A DNA stretch of 64,000 bases from Chthoniobacteraceae bacterium (lineage in GTDB: Bacteria > Verrucomicrobiota > Verrucomicrobiia > Chthoniobacterales > Chthoniobacteraceae), in the NCBI GenBank assembly GCA_040081625.1, contig JBEBGD010000012.1, positions 26,533-90,532 of the forward strand, written 5' to 3'. This document shows, one piece after another, positions 45,861 through 55,625 of this stretch. Positions within the stretch are counted from its first letter, which is position 1, and every line of letters begins with the position of its first letter. Both the position numbers and the translations under genes were made by a program. A model generated the notes under the pieces. That model worked only from the letters and a program-made list of their open reading frames with translations, did not search any database and was not told where the DNA came from.

Positions 45861-45908
45861 TTGCCGCTTCAGGGGAATGGGTGCTCGTTTCAGGTGATCG
45901 AACCTCCC

Positions 45909-46517
45909 ATGCCGCCCGACTTCCGAACGCAGCGAAATCTTTTCCGTCCGTCAGCGGCGTTCTCGCTCATCGAGGTGGCGATGTCGCTCGCGATCGTCAC
46001 GTTCTCGCTCGTCGGCATCCTCGGGATGGTGCCGATCGGGCTGAGCGGATTTCGCGAGGCGATGGACACGACGATCGGCGCGCAGATCGCGCAGCGGGTG
46101 GTGACCGACGCGGAGCAGAGCGACTTCGACACGCTCATCGCGAGCGCCGCGACGAGTGACGCAAATTTCTTCTCGCTGCCCGTGCGCTACTTCGACGACC
46201 AGGGATCGGAAGTGTCCCTCGCCGATCCGCAGGCCGCGGCGAAGATCATCTACCACGCGCGGGCGCGCGGCTCGCAGCCCGGCCCGGCGGACACGTCGGC
46301 CGGCGGCGGCGGCTTCACGTCGCTGCCAGGCGCGCCGCGGTTTCATCCGCGCGACACCGCTTTTCTCACCGTGCAAGTGGCGTGGCATCCCGGGCTCGCT
46401 GCGCTGCCGGTCGATGAGGCGCGGCAGCTTTGGGCGGGGCGCTCCGCGCCGATGAGCACGTATCGCGTGGTGATCACGCGCAACGGCACGGCGCCGAAAA
46501 CAACCGCGCGCCAATGA
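45909..46517 (+). CDS. Verru_Chthon cassette protein B (prepilin-type, PilV/GspI-like), ~202 aa
   Basis: A|FSLIEVAMSLAIV cleavage/methylation motif with Glu5; G(L/M)(L/V)P.GL..FR.A; RYFDDQG. Confidence 0.8.
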   Translation: MPPDFRTQRNLFRPSAAFSLIEVAMSLAIVTFSLVGILGMVPIGLSGFREAMDTTIGAQIAQRVVTDAEQSDFDTLIASAATSDANFFSLPVRYFDDQGSEVSLADPQAAAKIIYHARARGSQPGPADTSAGGGGFTSLPGAPRFHPRDTAFLTVQVAWHPGLAALPVDEARQLWAGRSAPMSTYRVVITRNGTAPKTTARQ

Positions 46518-47614
46518 AGCGCGCAGGTTTCACGCTGGTGGAGGTCATGGTCGCCAGCGTCATCGTGGTGATGCTCGCGGCGATGTTCGTGGCGCTGCTT
46601 TCGCAGACGAGCGGGATCTGGCGGCGCACGGCGGCGAAGGTCGAGCAGTTCCGCGCGGCGCGCGCGGCGTTCGAGACGATCACCACGCGGCTCGCGCAGG
46701 CGACGCTCAACGTCTATTGGGATTACGACAATCCGACGCTGCCGACCAAATATCGGCGCCGATCCGAGCTGCGCTTCGTCTCAGGCCCGGCGGATCAATT
46801 GCTCGGCACCGCGCCGGACGGACGGCAATGGCTCACGCACGCGGTGTTTTTCGAGGCGCCGCTCGGCGTCACCGAAAACGACCGCTACCGTGGCTACGAA
46901 AACATGCTGTGCGCATCCGGCTTTTATCTCGAGCTCGGCGACGATCGTGCGATGCGGCCGTCGGTCATCAGTGAAGCGATGGTGCCGCTGCGCATCCGTC
47001 CGCGGCTCTACGAATTCTGGCAGCCGGGCGAGGCGAACCGCATCTACAAGTTCACCTCCGGCGCGAGCGGGCGGAATTACTACGGGCGCGAATGGTTTCG
47101 CCAGCCGCTCGCGAGCGGTGCGCCGCCGGTTCACGTGCTCGCGGAGAACATCCTCGCGCTCATCATCACACCGCGCCTCGCGCCGGCCGAGGAGACTGAG
47201 ATCAAGGGCAAGCCTGCAACCGTGAGCGACGCGGACTTCTCGCCGCTCGCGCCCGACTACCTCTACGACTCGTCGCCCACGTCGGTCGGCAACCCGGCGA
47301 CGCAGCGCAATCTCGATCCGCGCACGAACCCGGTGCACCAGCTTCCGCCGCTGTTGCAGGTGACGATGGTCGCGACCGACGAGCAGAGCGCCGAGCTTCT
47401 CGGCTACACGACGGCGGCCGCCGATCCGCTGGGGCTCGCGACGAAGTTTCGCCAGTCGCGCGACTACACGAGCGACCTGCTGCTCAGCGGCGGCGAGGAA
47501 TCGATCGAGAGCAAGCTCATCGCGCAGAAGGTAGGCTACCGGATTTTCAACACGAACGTCATCATCCGCGGCGCGAAGTGGAGCCGCGAGCAGGCGGAGG
47601 CGATGACGCCGTGA
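46514..47614 (+). CDS. Verru_Chthon cassette protein C (prepilin-type, PilW/GspJ-like), ~366 aa
   Basis: MKRAG|FTLVEVMV; FR.AR.AFE.IT.RL.QATLN.YWDY; SELRF.SG; HAVFF.APLG; HQLPP..VTMVA.DE; AKWS. ATGA overlap with B. Confidence 0.85.
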   Translation: MKRAGFTLVEVMVASVIVVMLAAMFVALLSQTSGIWRRTAAKVEQFRAARAAFETITTRLAQATLNVYWDYDNPTLPTKYRRRSELRFVSGPADQLLGTAPDGRQWLTHAVFFEAPLGVTENDRYRGYENMLCASGFYLELGDDRAMRPSVISEAMVPLRIRPRLYEFWQPGEANRIYKFTSGASGRNYYGREWFRQPLASGAPPVHVLAENILALIITPRLAPAEETEIKGKPATVSDADFSPLAPDYLYDSSPTSVGNPATQRNLDPRTNPVHQLPPLLQVTMVATDEQSAELLGYTTAAADPLGLATKFRQSRDYTSDLLLSGGEESIESKLIAQKVGYRIFNTNVIIRGAKWSREQAEAMTP

Positions 47615-50600
47615 ACGCGCGCCGGTCGTCACGCGCCGTCGCGCTCGTGCTTGTGCTCGTCTTTCTGGTGCTGCTCTCGGGGCTGGTGATCGCGCTGCTG
47701 AGCACGGCAAAAAACGAATCGACGACGGCGCACGCCTACCAGAGCAGTGTGGGCGCGAGGCAGCTCGCGGCGTCTGCAACCGGGCTTGTGACGGGCCAGC
47801 TCCTCGACGGCACGCGCAGCATGAAAGTGCCGGGGCAAAACGCGAGCGGCCGGCTGGCGTGGGCTTCGCAGCCGGGGATGATACGCACGTGGGACGACAC
47901 GGGAAAGGGCTGGAAGATTTTCAAGCTCTACTCCGCGGGCGACATGGTCGTGGATTTTCCGGGCAATGACCGCTACTCGGTGTCTGACGAACTCGTGAAG
48001 GAAGTGCCCGACGACTGGCCCGCGCAGACGGCACATTTCGTCGATCTCAATGAGCCGGTCGTCGTCGAAGACGCCGCGGGGCCGATTCGGCGCGGTGGGA
48101 AAAGATTTCGCGCGAGTTATCCGATCGTCGATCCGCTCGCGTCGATCCCGAGTCTCGACCGGCCGCCGATCAAGCCGGTTGATGGCTTCGCGATCGCTGT
48201 GGCGCCGGGCTACGACGGCCAGGCGGTGACGGTGACCCGCGATCCCGCGCAGGCGAGCGCAGGCCGCAGCGGCAATCCCGCGCCGATGCCGGTGCGCTGG
48301 ATTTACGTGTTGCAGGACGGCACGTTCACGGTGCCAACCGGCGCGACCGATGGCGGACACACCGCGACGTGGGAAGGCGCCGCGGCAGAAGTGACGCCGA
48401 GTCGCGCCAACCCAATCGTCGGACGCATCGCGTTCTGGACCGACGACGAGACGTGCAAACTCAACGTGAACACTGCGAGCGAGCCGACCGCGTGGGACAC
48501 GCCGCGCGCGTTGACGATCCAGGATTTGAAATACGGAAAGTTCCAGCCGGCGCAGAAGGAGTATCAGCGCTTTCCCGGGCACCCGCTCACGTCGGCGCTC
48601 AGCCCGGTGTTCTTTCCCGGTGTCGTGCTCACCACGGCGCAGAAGGAGGAGATCTACAAACTCATCCCGCGCGTGCAGCCGGGCGGCACGGTCGCCGGCA
48701 CGGTCGCCACGAACTCGGTCTCGGTCATCGCGTCCGATGAGGACCGGCTCTACGCAAATGTGGACGAGTTCCTTTTCCGCCCGGAGATGCCGGGCGATGT
48801 GCGCGTCGAGAACACGCTCGTGAGTTCGGATCGCCTGCGGCGCGCGCGATTCTTCCTCACCGCGAACAGCCGCGCGCCGGAGCTGAACCTCTTCGGCCAG
48901 CCGCGCATCGCGCTGTGGCCGCTCAACAGCGACCCGCTCAAGCGCACGGGCTACGACAAGCTCGCCGCGTTTTGCAGCACGATCGGCAGCCGCGCGAATG
49001 CGAAGCCGTTCTACTTCCAGCGCGCCGACTCGACGAGCCCGAAGGCCGACTACGACAACATCGAGCGCAACCGCGAACTCTACGCGTATCTCCAGCGGCT
49101 CACCGCGCAGCAGGTGCCCGGGTATGGCGGGAACTTCCGCTCGAAGTGGGGCGCGGATCGCGACCAGGTGCTCACCGAAATCTTCGATTACATCCGCTGC
49201 GTGAACCTGCGCGACCCGCTGACGGGCGCGACGCGCTTCGCCGACAACGGCCAGGTCGCGCCGATTCGGATCGGCGACACGCAGGGCTTTGGGCGCACTT
49301 ATTCGATCTCGCAGTTCGGCTTTCACTTCATCTGCGCGCAGGACGGCGCCGACGGCGCCTCGGACGCGACCAACCCGAGGCTGACCGCGGGCCAGCGCGC
49401 GATCGAGGCGGCGTTCCTCTTCGAGCCATTCGGGCCGAGCCTCGGCTGGTATAAGCTCGCGGAGAATCTCTTCTACGAGGTCACCTTCATCACCAAGTTC
49501 TCGATCGAGGGCGAAGACCTGAAAATGCAGTCGGGCGCGCGCGGACTCAACAACATGGTCGGCTCGGGCTGGCACAACAACCTGCGCGAGCACGGTGGCG
49601 CGGGCGGCATCCGCGGGCCGATGCAGGCGTTCGGCGGCGCGAATTACCCGTTCGTCAGCAAAGCCGCGCCGCGCGTGAAGGTGGCGCCGGACAAGACGAC
49701 GATGGCGTTCTCCGGCGGGCGCATCCAGGTGAAGGTGTATGCCGGCGGCAGCGCCGACCCCGCGCGACTGATCCAGACCTTCCTGCTGAATTTTCCCGGC
49801 GGAAATTTCCCCGTGCCGCAACTGGTGAGGACCGGCACCGAAAAATACAGCGGCGCCGGAACCACCGGTGCGGACTTTTGGTGGACGTTCGCAAAGCGCT
49901 ACTCGCGGCTGAACGAGACGCCGCACGAGCCCGGCCCGGAATACGCCGATCCGCGGCGCCGCTGGGCGGACAGCGGCGGGCCGCCGGGATTCAAGGCGGG
50001 TGGCGTGTTCCGGGCTGAGGATGTGGTGCGCACGATCGTGCCGGACCACGGCGACATCCGCCTCGTCGCCGCCAAGCCGACCGTCAGCACGGACTTCGTG
50101 AAGGTGAGCACCGCGAACTGGGACTCGCCGTTTCGGTTTCTCCACGTCTTCACCACGCAATCCGGCAGCCACTATCACTACGGATTCTGCAACGAGCCGG
50201 GACCGTCGCCCGCGGCTGGCATCCCGCCGGCCGCTGCCGACGACCAGCTCATCCCCTCGGGCGCAGTGCAATATCACTACTCGCGCATGCCCGAGATTCG
50301 GCCCGGCGCGGGCAAGCTCTTCAATCGCTGGGGCGACTTCGACAATGGCGTCTCAGTCTGGCCCGACGGCTCCTACATCAACAAGCCCGACGAAGGGAAC
50401 CTCGGCTCGTGGAATACGGCCTACACGTATTTCTCGCGCGACTTCACCGCGCCGACCGAGGTCTTCTTCTCGCCGAGCCGGCTCATCCCGTCGGCGGGGA
50501 TGCTAGGCTCGCTGCCGACCGGCGTGAAGCGCCACACCGCGAGCGATCCGCATGCGTGGGAGACGCTGCTCTTCCGCCCCGAGACGCGCACCGCCGGAGG

Positions 50601-51426
50601 CAAGTCGCACCCCGGCGTGCAATCGCCGATGGATCATCTCATCATGGATCTTTTCTGGATGCCCGTCGTGGAGCCCTACGCGGTCAGCGAGCCGTTCTCG
50701 ACCGCGGGCAAGATCAACCTCAACTACGAACTCGCACCCTTCAGCTACATCCGGCGCGCCACCGCGATGCACGGCGCGCTCAAGGCCGAGGAGCCGCTCG
50801 TGCTGCCAAATGCCGCCTCAAAAATCTACAAGCTGTGGGACCACGAGACGAATCACCCGACGAAGTTCCCCAGCGATGCCACGAACCAGGATCCGCAGGT
50901 GCGCGCAGACTGGGACAAGGCCTACAACGGCCAGGCGCCCTTCGACAAAATGCGCCGGCCGATAGATGTGCCGAAGACGCTCGCGCAAGCCGACGAGCGT
51001 TTCACCGCCGGCGAGATCTTCCGCTCCGCGACCGAAGTCTGCGAACTGCACCTCGTGCGCGAAGGCGAGACGCTCGCCGACTATCGCAACGGCACGATCT
51101 GGCAGAATGCGCTCATCACCGGCGACAACACGCGCGAGCGCCCCTACACAAATCTCTACGCCCGCCTCACGACCCGCTCGAACACCTTCACCGTCCACAC
51201 CCGCGCGCAGGTGCTCCGCCAGTCCGTCACCGCCGATCCCGCGTCGTGGGCGAGATGGCGCGAAGACAACACCGCGCCGCTGAGCGAATTCCGCGGTTCG
51301 ACGATCGTCGAGCGCTACATCGATCCCACCGACCCGAACCTGCCGGACTTCGCGACCACCACCGACGCCGTGGCAGACTCGGCCTACCGCATCCGCGTCG
51401 TCGCGACGAAGAAGTTCACACCTTGA
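47611..51426 (+). CDS. Verru_Chthon cassette protein A, copy 1 (PilX/GspK-like N-terminus), ~1271 aa
   Basis: GTGA overlap with C. RA|VALVLVL N-terminus without Glu5; WASQPGMIRT, KLYS, PMPVRWIYVL.DG, GRIAFWTDDETCK.N.NTA, STAGKINLNY, TGDNTRERPY, IERYIDP.D-type motifs. Confidence 0.88.
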   Translation: MNARRSSRAVALVLVLVFLVLLSGLVIALLSTAKNESTTAHAYQSSVGARQLAASATGLVTGQLLDGTRSMKVPGQNASGRLAWASQPGMIRTWDDTGKGWKIFKLYSAGDMVVDFPGNDRYSVSDELVKEVPDDWPAQTAHFVDLNEPVVVEDAAGPIRRGGKRFRASYPIVDPLASIPSLDRPPIKPVDGFAIAVAPGYDGQAVTVTRDPAQASAGRSGNPAPMPVRWIYVLQDGTFTVPTGATDGGHTATWEGAAAEVTPSRANPIVGRIAFWTDDETCKLNVNTASEPTAWDTPRALTIQDLKYGKFQPAQKEYQRFPGHPLTSALSPVFFPGVVLTTAQKEEIYKLIPRVQPGGTVAGTVATNSVSVIASDEDRLYANVDEFLFRPEMPGDVRVENTLVSSDRLRRARFFLTANSRAPELNLFGQPRIALWPLNSDPLKRTGYDKLAAFCSTIGSRANAKPFYFQRADSTSPKADYDNIERNRELYAYLQRLTAQQVPGYGGNFRSKWGADRDQVLTEIFDYIRCVNLRDPLTGATRFADNGQVAPIRIGDTQGFGRTYSISQFGFHFICAQDGADGASDATNPRLTAGQRAIEAAFLFEPFGPSLGWYKLAENLFYEVTFITKFSIEGEDLKMQSGARGLNNMVGSGWHNNLREHGGAGGIRGPMQAFGGANYPFVSKAAPRVKVAPDKTTMAFSGGRIQVKVYAGGSADPARLIQTFLLNFPGGNFPVPQLVRTGTEKYSGAGTTGADFWWTFAKRYSRLNETPHEPGPEYADPRRRWADSGGPPGFKAGGVFRAEDVVRTIVPDHGDIRLVAAKPTVSTDFVKVSTANWDSPFRFLHVFTTQSGSHYHYGFCNEPGPSPAAGIPPAAADDQLIPSGAVQYHYSRMPEIRPGAGKLFNRWGDFDNGVSVWPDGSYINKPDEGNLGSWNTAYTYFSRDFTAPTEVFFSPSRLIPSAGMLGSLPTGVKRHTASDPHAWETLLFRPETRTAGGKSHPGVQSPMDHLIMDLFWMPVVEPYAVSEPFSTAGKINLNYELAPFSYIRRATAMHGALKAEEPLVLPNAASKIYKLWDHETNHPTKFPSDATNQDPQVRADWDKAYNGQAPFDKMRRPIDVPKTLAQADERFTAGEIFRSATEVCELHLVREGETLADYRNGTIWQNALITGDNTRERPYTNLYARLTTRSNTFTVHTRAQVLRQSVTADPASWARWREDNTAPLSEFRGSTIVERYIDPTDPNLPDFATTTDAVADSAYRIRVVATKKFTP

Positions 51427-51439
51427 ACGCACACGCGCC

Positions 51440-51661
51440 ATGATCGACAACGAAGTCCAGCTCGATGATCGCTCGTGCCTCTACCGCGAGTTGCTCAGCG
51501 AGCGGGACGAGATCCTGCGCCACAAATGGCTTGAAAGCGAGCGAGCCGGACACGACATCGGCTTCGACAGAGCACTCATCGAGTGGGTGATCAGGCACCG
51601 CAGCGCATGGCGGGAAAAGTGGTGCAGTCCCGCGAGCAGAGATTTGCCCAGGCGACAGTGA
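51440..51661 (+). CDS. Small conserved protein (DUF4032-like), 73 aa
   Basis: LYRE...ER.EIL.HKW.ESE.AG.DIGF..AL..W...HR..W pattern; GTGA overlap with the next gene. Confidence 0.7.
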   Translation: MIDNEVQLDDRSCLYRELLSERDEILRHKWLESERAGHDIGFDRALIEWVIRHRSAWREKWCSPASRDLPRRQ

Positions 51662-54600
51662 AGAGACGAGGATCTCTGCGAGTTTTCGGGGGAGCAATCG
51701 AGACGAGCCCCCCCTCGCGCGGCGTCGCGCTCGTGCTTGTGCTCGTCTTTCTGGTGCTGCTTTCGGGGCTGGTGATCGCGCTGCTGACCACGGCAAGGAA
51801 CGAATCGATGACGGCACACGCCTACCAGAGCAGCGTGAATGCGAGGCAGCTCGCGGCGGTGGCGACCGGGCTCGTGTCCGGCCAACTCCTCGACGGAACG
51901 CACAGCATGAAAGTGCCGGGTCAAAACACGAGCAGCCGGCTCGCCTGGGCTTCGCAGCCGGGAATGATCCGCACGTGGGATGACTCCGGGAAAGGTTGGA
52001 AGATTTTCAAGCTCTACTCTGCGCGCGACATGGTCGTGGATTTTCCGGGAAGTGGCCGCTACTCCGTCGCCGACGAACTCGCGAATGAAGTGCCCGACGA
52101 CTGGCCGGCGCAGACGGCGCATTTCGTCGATCTGAACGAACCCGTGGTCGTCGAAGACGAAGCCGGGCCGATCCGCCGCGACGGGAACCGGTTTCGCGCG
52201 AGCTATCCGATCGTCGATCCGATCGCCTCGATCCGTAGTCTGGACCGCCCGCCGATCAATCCGGTGGACGGATTTTCGATCAACGCGCCGCCTGGCTACG
52301 ACGGACAGCCGCTGACCTTTACGCGCGACCCGGCGCGTCCGGCGACGCCGGGCCGCAGCGGCAATCCGGCGCCGATGCCGGTGCGCTGGATTTACGTGCT
52401 TAAGGACGGCACCTACACGGTGCCGACCGGCACCGCGGACGGCGGCCACACCGCGACTTGGGAAGGCGCCGCGCCGGAGGTGGCGCCGAGCCGCAGCAAT
52501 CCGATCGTCGGACGCCTCGCGTTCTGGACCGACGACGAGACGTGCAAGCTCAACGTGAACACCTCGAGCGAACCGACGCCGTGGGACACGCCGCGCGCCG
52601 TGACGATCCAGGACTTGCGTTACGGCAGGTATCAGCCGGCGCAGAAGGAGTATCAGCGCTTCCCCGGCCACCCGCTGATGTCGGCGCTCAGCCCGGTGTT
52701 CTTTCCCGGCGTCAAACTCACGCCGGCGCAGAAGGAGGAAATCTACCGGCTCATTCCACGCGTGCAGCCGGGCGGCACCGCGGGCGCCAGCGTCGCGGCG
52801 ACGGGCGCGATCGCGCCGGATGAAGACCGGCTCTACGCGAACGTCGATGAGTTCCTCTTCCGGCCTGAGATGCCCGGCGACACGCGCGTCGAGAACACAC
52901 TCGTGAGCGCGGACCGGCTGCGGCGCGCGCGGTTCTTTCTCACGGCCAACAGCCGCGCGCCGGAGCTGAATCTCTTCGGCCAGCCGCGCATCGCGCTGTG
53001 GCCGTTGAACAGCGATCCGCTCAAACGCACCGGCTACGACAAGCTCGCGGCGTTTTGCAGCACGATCGGCAGCGGCGCGAACGTGAAGCCGTTTTATTTC
53101 CAGCGCACGGACTCGACGAGCCCGAAGGCCGACTACGAAAGCATCGCGCGCAATCGCGAACTCTACGCGTATCTCCAGCGGCTCACCGCGCAGCAGGTGC
53201 CCGGCTACGGCGGGAACTTCCGCACGAAGTGGGGCGCTGATCGCGACCAGATTCTCACCGAGATTTTCGATTACATCCGCTGCGCGAACCTGCGCGATCC
53301 GCTCACCGGAGCGACGCGCTTCGCCGACAACGGGCAGGTCGCGCCGATCCAGATCGGCGACACGCAGGGCTTCGGCCGCGTTCACACGCTCTCGCAATTC
53401 GGCTTTCATTTCATCTGCACGCGTGATCCGGCGAAGGCTTCGGCGCAGATTCCCGACGGCGGCCTCAAGGATGCCGCCACGCTCAACGCGGGTGAGCGGC
53501 AGATCGAGGTGGCGTTTCTGTTCGAGCCGTTCGGAGTAGGCCTCGGCTGGTATCGCATCGCGGAGAACCTTTACTACGAGGTGAACTTCATCTCGAAGTT
53601 CACGGTCGATGGGCAGGATTTGAAAATGCAGTCGGCCGCCAAGCCGCTCGCCGACCGCATCGGCACCGGCTTTCACAACAACGGCCGCGAGCACGGCGGC
53701 GCGGGCGGCATCCGCGGGCCGATGATCGCCTTCGGCGGCGCGAACTATCCGTTCGTGAGCAAGGCGGCGCCGCGCGTGAAGGTGACGGCGAGCAACGGCT
53801 CGATGAATTTCTCCGGCGGCCGCATCCAGGTGAAGGTCTTTGCCGGCAACAGCGCCGACGCGTCGAAGCTGCTCCAGACCTTCTTCCTCAACTTCCCCGG
53901 CGGAAAACTGCCGCTGCCGGAACTCGTGACGACGGACACGAAGGCGTATCGTGGCTGCGGCACCACGACGACCGACTTTTGGTGGACGTTCGCCACGCGC
54001 TACTCGCGGCTCGGCGAATGTCCGCACGTGCCCGGCGCCGAATACTCCGATCCCACGCGTCGGTGGTTGGATAGCGGCGGCCCGGCTGGCTTCAAAGCCG
54101 GCGGGATCTTTCGTGCCGAGGATGTCGTGCGCGCGATCGTTCCCGATCACGGCGACATCCGGCTCATCGCGGCGAAGACGACCGTGAACCCAGCGGACTT
54201 CGTGAAAGTGAGCGAAGCGAATTGGGAATCGCCGGCGCACCGCTTCCTGCACGTCTTCACGACGGGCGCGGGCAGTCATTTCCATTACGGCTTCGCAAAC
54301 GAGCCGGGTCCGTCGCCCGCGGCCGGCATCCCTCCCGCGAACGCCGACGACCAACTCGTGCCCTCGGCTGCGGTGAAGTATCACTACTCGCGCCTGCCCG
54401 AGATCCGCCCCGGCGCGGGCAAGCTTTTCAACCGCTGGGGCGACTTCGACAATGGCGTGGCCACGTGGGCCGACGGCGCTTACATCAACAAGCCCGACGA
54501 GGGCAACCAGGCCTCGACGAACTCGCCCTACACCTACTTCGCGTGGAATTTCACCGCGCCGACGGAGGTCTTCTTTTCCCCGTCGCGCCTCGTGCCCTCG

Positions 54601-55533
54601 GCAGGAATGCTCGGCTCGCTCCCGACGGGCGTGAAGCGGCACACCACGAGCGATCCGCACGCCTGGGAAACGCTGCTCTTCCGCCCCGAGACACGCACCG
54701 CCGGCGGCAGGCCGCATCCCGGCACGCAGACGCCGCGTGATCATCTGCTCATGGATTATTTCTGGATGCCGGTGATCGAGCCATACGCGATCAGCGAGCC
54801 GTTCTCGACCGCGGGGAAGATCAACCTCAACTACGAACTCGCGCCGTTCAGCTACATCCGCCGCGCCACCGCGCTGCACGGCGCGCTCAAGGCCGAAGAG
54901 CCGCTCGTGCTGCCCAACTCGGTGTCAAAAAGCTGCAAGCTCTGGGACCACGAAACTAACGATCATCCGATGCTGCCGAGCGATCCGAACAACCAGGATG
55001 CGCAGGTCCGCGCCGACTGGATCAAGCTCTTCAACGGCACCGCGCCCTTCGACAAACTGCGCCGTCCGATCGACGCCGCGAAAACGCTCGCGCAAGCCGA
55101 CGATCGTTTTGCCGCCGGCGAAATCTTCCGCTCCGCGAGCGAGATCTGCGAACTTCACCTCGTGCGCGAAGGCGAGACGCTCGCCGATTACCGCAACGGC
55201 AGCGTGTGGCAGAACGCGCTCATCACCGGCGACAACACGCGCGAGCGCCCCTACACAAGTCTCTACGCGCGCCTCACGACGCGCTCGAATACCTTCACCG
55301 TCCACGTCCGCGCGCAGGTGCTCCGGCAATCGGGCGATGCCGATCCCGCATCGTGGGCCGTCTGGCGCGAGGACCGCAGCGCGCCGCTGAGCGAATTCCG
55401 CGGCTCGACGATCATCGAGCGTTACATCGATCCGGCCGACCCGAACCTGCCCGACTTCGCCACCACCACCGACGCGGTCGCCGACCAAGCGTATCGGACC
55501 CGAGTGCTCGCGACAAAGAAGTTCACGCCGTAG
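51658..55533 (+). CDS. Verru_Chthon cassette protein A, copy 2, ~1291 aa
   Basis: GTG start overlaps the preceding stop. RG|VALVLVL; collinear with and highly similar to copy 1 along its whole length. Confidence 0.88.
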   Translation: MKRRGSLRVFGGAIETSPPSRGVALVLVLVFLVLLSGLVIALLTTARNESMTAHAYQSSVNARQLAAVATGLVSGQLLDGTHSMKVPGQNTSSRLAWASQPGMIRTWDDSGKGWKIFKLYSARDMVVDFPGSGRYSVADELANEVPDDWPAQTAHFVDLNEPVVVEDEAGPIRRDGNRFRASYPIVDPIASIRSLDRPPINPVDGFSINAPPGYDGQPLTFTRDPARPATPGRSGNPAPMPVRWIYVLKDGTYTVPTGTADGGHTATWEGAAPEVAPSRSNPIVGRLAFWTDDETCKLNVNTSSEPTPWDTPRAVTIQDLRYGRYQPAQKEYQRFPGHPLMSALSPVFFPGVKLTPAQKEEIYRLIPRVQPGGTAGASVAATGAIAPDEDRLYANVDEFLFRPEMPGDTRVENTLVSADRLRRARFFLTANSRAPELNLFGQPRIALWPLNSDPLKRTGYDKLAAFCSTIGSGANVKPFYFQRTDSTSPKADYESIARNRELYAYLQRLTAQQVPGYGGNFRTKWGADRDQILTEIFDYIRCANLRDPLTGATRFADNGQVAPIQIGDTQGFGRVHTLSQFGFHFICTRDPAKASAQIPDGGLKDAATLNAGERQIEVAFLFEPFGVGLGWYRIAENLYYEVNFISKFTVDGQDLKMQSAAKPLADRIGTGFHNNGREHGGAGGIRGPMIAFGGANYPFVSKAAPRVKVTASNGSMNFSGGRIQVKVFAGNSADASKLLQTFFLNFPGGKLPLPELVTTDTKAYRGCGTTTTDFWWTFATRYSRLGECPHVPGAEYSDPTRRWLDSGGPAGFKAGGIFRAEDVVRAIVPDHGDIRLIAAKTTVNPADFVKVSEANWESPAHRFLHVFTTGAGSHFHYGFANEPGPSPAAGIPPANADDQLVPSAAVKYHYSRLPEIRPGAGKLFNRWGDFDNGVATWADGAYINKPDEGNQASTNSPYTYFAWNFTAPTEVFFSPSRLVPSAGMLGSLPTGVKRHTTSDPHAWETLLFRPETRTAGGRPHPGTQTPRDHLLMDYFWMPVIEPYAISEPFSTAGKINLNYELAPFSYIRRATALHGALKAEEPLVLPNSVSKSCKLWDHETNDHPMLPSDPNNQDAQVRADWIKLFNGTAPFDKLRRPIDAAKTLAQADDRFAAGEIFRSASEICELHLVREGETLADYRNGSVWQNALITGDNTRERPYTSLYARLTTRSNTFTVHVRAQVLRQSGDADPASWAVWREDRSAPLSEFRGSTIIERYIDPADPNLPDFATTTDAVADQAYRTRVLATKKFTP

Positions 55534-55625
55534 CGTTCACGCGCGGCCGTCGGCTAACTGGTTGCTCCTGAAAAGCCCTTCTACGCCGGGCGGGGAATGG
55601 GCGGAATGGACTCAATAAGGATTGC

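Noticed and set aside
47611..55533. A1/A2 as an assembly artefact or a diversity-generating retroelement template/target pair
   Set aside because: Numerous synonymous changes and indels are spread across 3.8 kb, there is no adenine-specific pattern by eye, and no reverse transcriptase is present.
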